Source: Chiloscyllium plagiosum (lineage: Eukaryota). Taken from it: a DNA stretch of 64,000 bases. Under the pieces are notes generated by a model. That model did not search any database. It was not told where the DNA came from and worked only from the letters and a program-made list of their open reading frames with translations. Shown piece after piece: positions 60,890 through 64,000 of the stretch (positions within the stretch are counted from its first letter, which is position 1; the number at the start of each line of letters is the position of its first letter). Made by a program: the position numbers and the translations under genes. Location: NCBI RefSeq assembly GCF_004010195.1, contig NC_057755.1, positions 11,996,438 through 12,060,437 on the forward strand, in the 5' to 3' direction.

Positions 60890-63800
60890 TAAAATACAGG
60901 AGCAGAATTAGGCATTTGTCCATCGTACTGCTGCACCATTCACTCTTGGCCTATATGTTTCTCAATGCCATTCTTCTGTCTTCTCCCACTGTCCCTTTAT
61001 CTTCTTTCTAATCAACAACCTATGTATCTTAAATACATTCAATGCCTTGGTCTCCACACCCATATGCGGCAGTGCACTCCAGATTCATCACCCTCTGGCT
61101 GAAGAAATTCCTCCTCATCACTGTTCTAAAAGGTCCTCCCTTCACTCTTGAGTCTGAACCCTCAGGTCCTAGTCTATCCTACTAGTGGAAACATCTCTGT
61201 CCATTCCATACAGGCCCCTCAGTATCCTTTACATTATGAGATTCCATCATCCTTCAAACTCCACTGATTACAGATCCAGAGTCTTCAACCACTCCTCAGA
61301 TGACAAGTCCTTCATCCTGTTTCCACACTGTAGGGAATCTTATCCCAGGACTATTCTCGTAAAGTTCCTCTTACCCCATCCAATACCAGCACATCTTTCC
61401 TGACATCCGGATCCCAAAACCACTCCTCAGATGACAAGTCCTTCATCCTGTTTCCACACTGTAGGGAATCTTATCCCAGGACCATTCTTGTAAAGTTCCT
61501 CTTACCCCATCCAATACCAGCACATCTTTCCTGACATCCGGATCAGCACATCTTTCCTGACATCCGGATCCCAAAACTGCTTTCAGTATTCCAAATGCAG
61601 CCTCTGCAGTATATTTCTGTTGTTACATTCTAGCCCTCTTGAAATGAAAGCTGACATCACACTTGTTTTCCTAATTGCTAACTAAATGTGCATGTTAACT
61701 GAAAAGAGAATCCTGAACTTTGATTCCTAGGTCCCTTTATGCTTTAGATTTCTGAAGCCTTTCTCCTAATAGAAAAGCGCCTACATTACTTCCTACCAAA
61801 ATCCATAACCTCTCACTTTTCTACATTGTATTCCATCTGCCTCTTCTTTATCCATCCTCCTAGCCTGTCCAAGTCCTTCCGGAGCCTTCTCACATTCTCA
61901 ACAATACTACCTAGCTTTGTATCATCTGTAAGTTTAGCATCAATGCCTTCAGTTCGTTTGCTCGGATCGTTAATGTATAACATGAATAGTCCAAATGTTG
62001 AACCCTGCAGAACTCTAGTAGTCACCAGCTGCCATCATGAAAAAGACCTCTTTATCCCCACTCCTTTTCTTTAGTGAGTCAGCTAGTAAATATATTGATA
62101 ATATATAATAATATAGTAATATCTGTGCATGCCAATACCTTATCTCTATAACTAGGCTCTTATTAAGCAGGCTTCTCTGCAGCACCTTGTCAAAGGCCTT
62201 CTGAAATTTCGAATAGATGTTAAGTCCACTGGCTCTCCTTTGTCTATCCTGCTCATTACCTACTCAAAGAATCTTAACAGATTTGTCAGGTATGACCTCC
62301 CCTTGATGAAGCTGTGCTGATTCAGCCCTATTTTACCATGAACTTCAAAATACCCCGCAATCTGATGCTTAATAATGGACTCTTGACTGAGGTCAGGCTT
62401 AACTGGTCTATAATGTCTTGCTTTCTCCTCCTTCCCTTCTTAAACAGAAGTGTTATGTTAGCCATTTTCCAGTCCTATGGGAGCTTCCCTGACTCCAATG
62501 AGTCCTGAAAGATCACCACCAATGCCTCCACGATCTCCCCCACTATCTCCTTTAGAACCCTGAGTACAGTTCATCTGGTGTAGATTTATGTGCGTTCAGA
62601 CCTTCAAGCTTCCTCACACTTACTCCTTAGTAATAACCACTACAATTTCCAAATCCCTGCCCCCGAATGTCTTGAAGTTCTTGTATTTTGCTGGTGTCTT
62701 CCACCATGAAGACTGTTGCAAAATACATATTCACTTCCTCTGCCATTTCTTTGTTCCCCATTATTACTTCTCCAGCTTCATTTTCCAGTGGTTGAATATC
62801 TACTCTTGCCTCTCTCTTACCTTTTATATATCTTTAAAAAAAGCTTTTGTCGTCGCCTTTTATATTACGAACTAGCTTTCTATCATGTTTCATCTTCTCC
62901 TACAAAACCACCTGCCCCCTCCCCCGCCAAAGATTGCTTTATTGGAGTTGTCCTCCACTGGTGTTAAAGGCTTCCTAATCCTCTAACTTCCCACTAATCT
63001 TCACCACATTGTTTTTTCTTTTGCTTTTATGCTGACTTATCAGCCTTGGCCTTCCCCAGTATGTTTCTTCTTCTTTGGGATGAATGTCTACTCTGCTTCC
63101 CAAATTACCCCCAGAAACTCCCAGCCATTGCTACTCCATCATCTTCCCTACTAAGCTCCCCTTCTAATCGTTTCTGGTCAGGATCTTTGTAGTTACATTT
63201 ACTCAATTGTAATACTGTTGTATTTGATTCCAGCTTCTCCCTTTTAACCTGCAAGATGAAATCTGTCATATGGTCACTGCCTCCAGGGGTTCCTTCACCT
63301 TAGCTCCCTAATCACATCTGCTTCATTACACATTACCAGAAACATAATTGCCTATTTGCCTCTACCACAAAAAAAACCGTCTTGTAAACATACACAAATT
63401 CCTTTTCTTGGGATCTGCTGCCAACCCAATTTTCCCAGTCCTGAACTCTCCCATGATCATTTTAATAGGGCTTTTCCTACATGCCTTTTCTATCTCATGA
63501 TTTATTTTCTGCCCCTAGTAGTGCTAGGAGGTCTGCACCTAAGTCCCACCAGGGAGCTTTTTCCTTCACAGTTCCTGAACTCTATTCATACAGATTCTAT
63601 GCCTTCCAACTTTATATTACTTCTTGTTATCGATTTAATTTCATTTCTAACAAGGCAACAGTCTGTGCATCTGCCTGTTCTTTCAATAGGATGCATTTCC
63701 TTGGATATTTAATTCCTCTCGCAGCCATGTCTCTATTATACCTACAACATTGCACCTGCCAATTTCAATCTGCTATACAAGTTAATTTACCTTGTTTCAT

Positions 63801-63990
63801 ATACTGCATGGAATTAAGTATAACACCCTTGGACTTGCTTTGACTACCCCAACCCTTCTTATGGTTGTTCCCTTATCTGATGTGCCTGAAGTTAGATTCC
63901 TGAGCCTATCCATACTTTCCCGTAGAGTCCATTCCTAACTATTTAATTTAAAGACCTATCCACAGCCTTGGAATTATGCAATTTGCCCAG
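60890..63990 (-). mobile_element. Old CR1-like LINE
   Basis: LQGSTFGLF, KLTDDTKLG and QMEYNVEK motifs, with degenerate endonuclease-region sequence towards the window end. Confidence 0.75.
61288..61575 (+). repeat. 131-bp tandem duplication plus a 26-bp partial third copy
   Basis: actcctcagatgacaagtcc...tgacatccggatc starts at 61291 and again at 61422, nearly identical. Confidence 0.9.
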
Positions 63991-64000
63991 GATCTGGTTG

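Overview
Vertebrate genomic DNA, not prokaryotic. The repeat content (HE1-type SINEs, CR1/HER1-like LINEs, Penelope-like elements) suggests a shark, probably a carpet or bamboo shark; this is an inference. The window holds one complete host gene on the + strand, KIFBP (KIF-binding protein, KBP/KIAA1279). Its seven coding exons are 3572-3925, 8163-8261, 14087-14166, 35449-35632, 42935-43028, 43508-43620 and 57215-58093. All introns are GT-AG with consistent phases, giving 1803 nt or 600 aa plus stop. There is a CpG-rich first exon and an AATAAA at 58164. Most of the rest is decayed retroelements, plus a solo LTR, a Tigger-like MITE, a 34-bp minisatellite and a 427-N gap. The most interesting observations are: (1) about a dozen minimal hammerhead-ribozyme motifs from three Penelope pLTR families, including a TSD-flanked inverted pair and copies beside exon 6 and in the proximal promoter; (2) a ~330-bp copy of KIFBP exon 7 inserted, with an apparent TSD, into a CR1 relic in the gene's own intron 6; (3) a three-level retroelement nest in which one Penelope appears to have inserted into the hammerhead of another. 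I see no evidence for a wholly new protein-coding system. Repeat boundaries are hand estimates unless a TSD is quoted.
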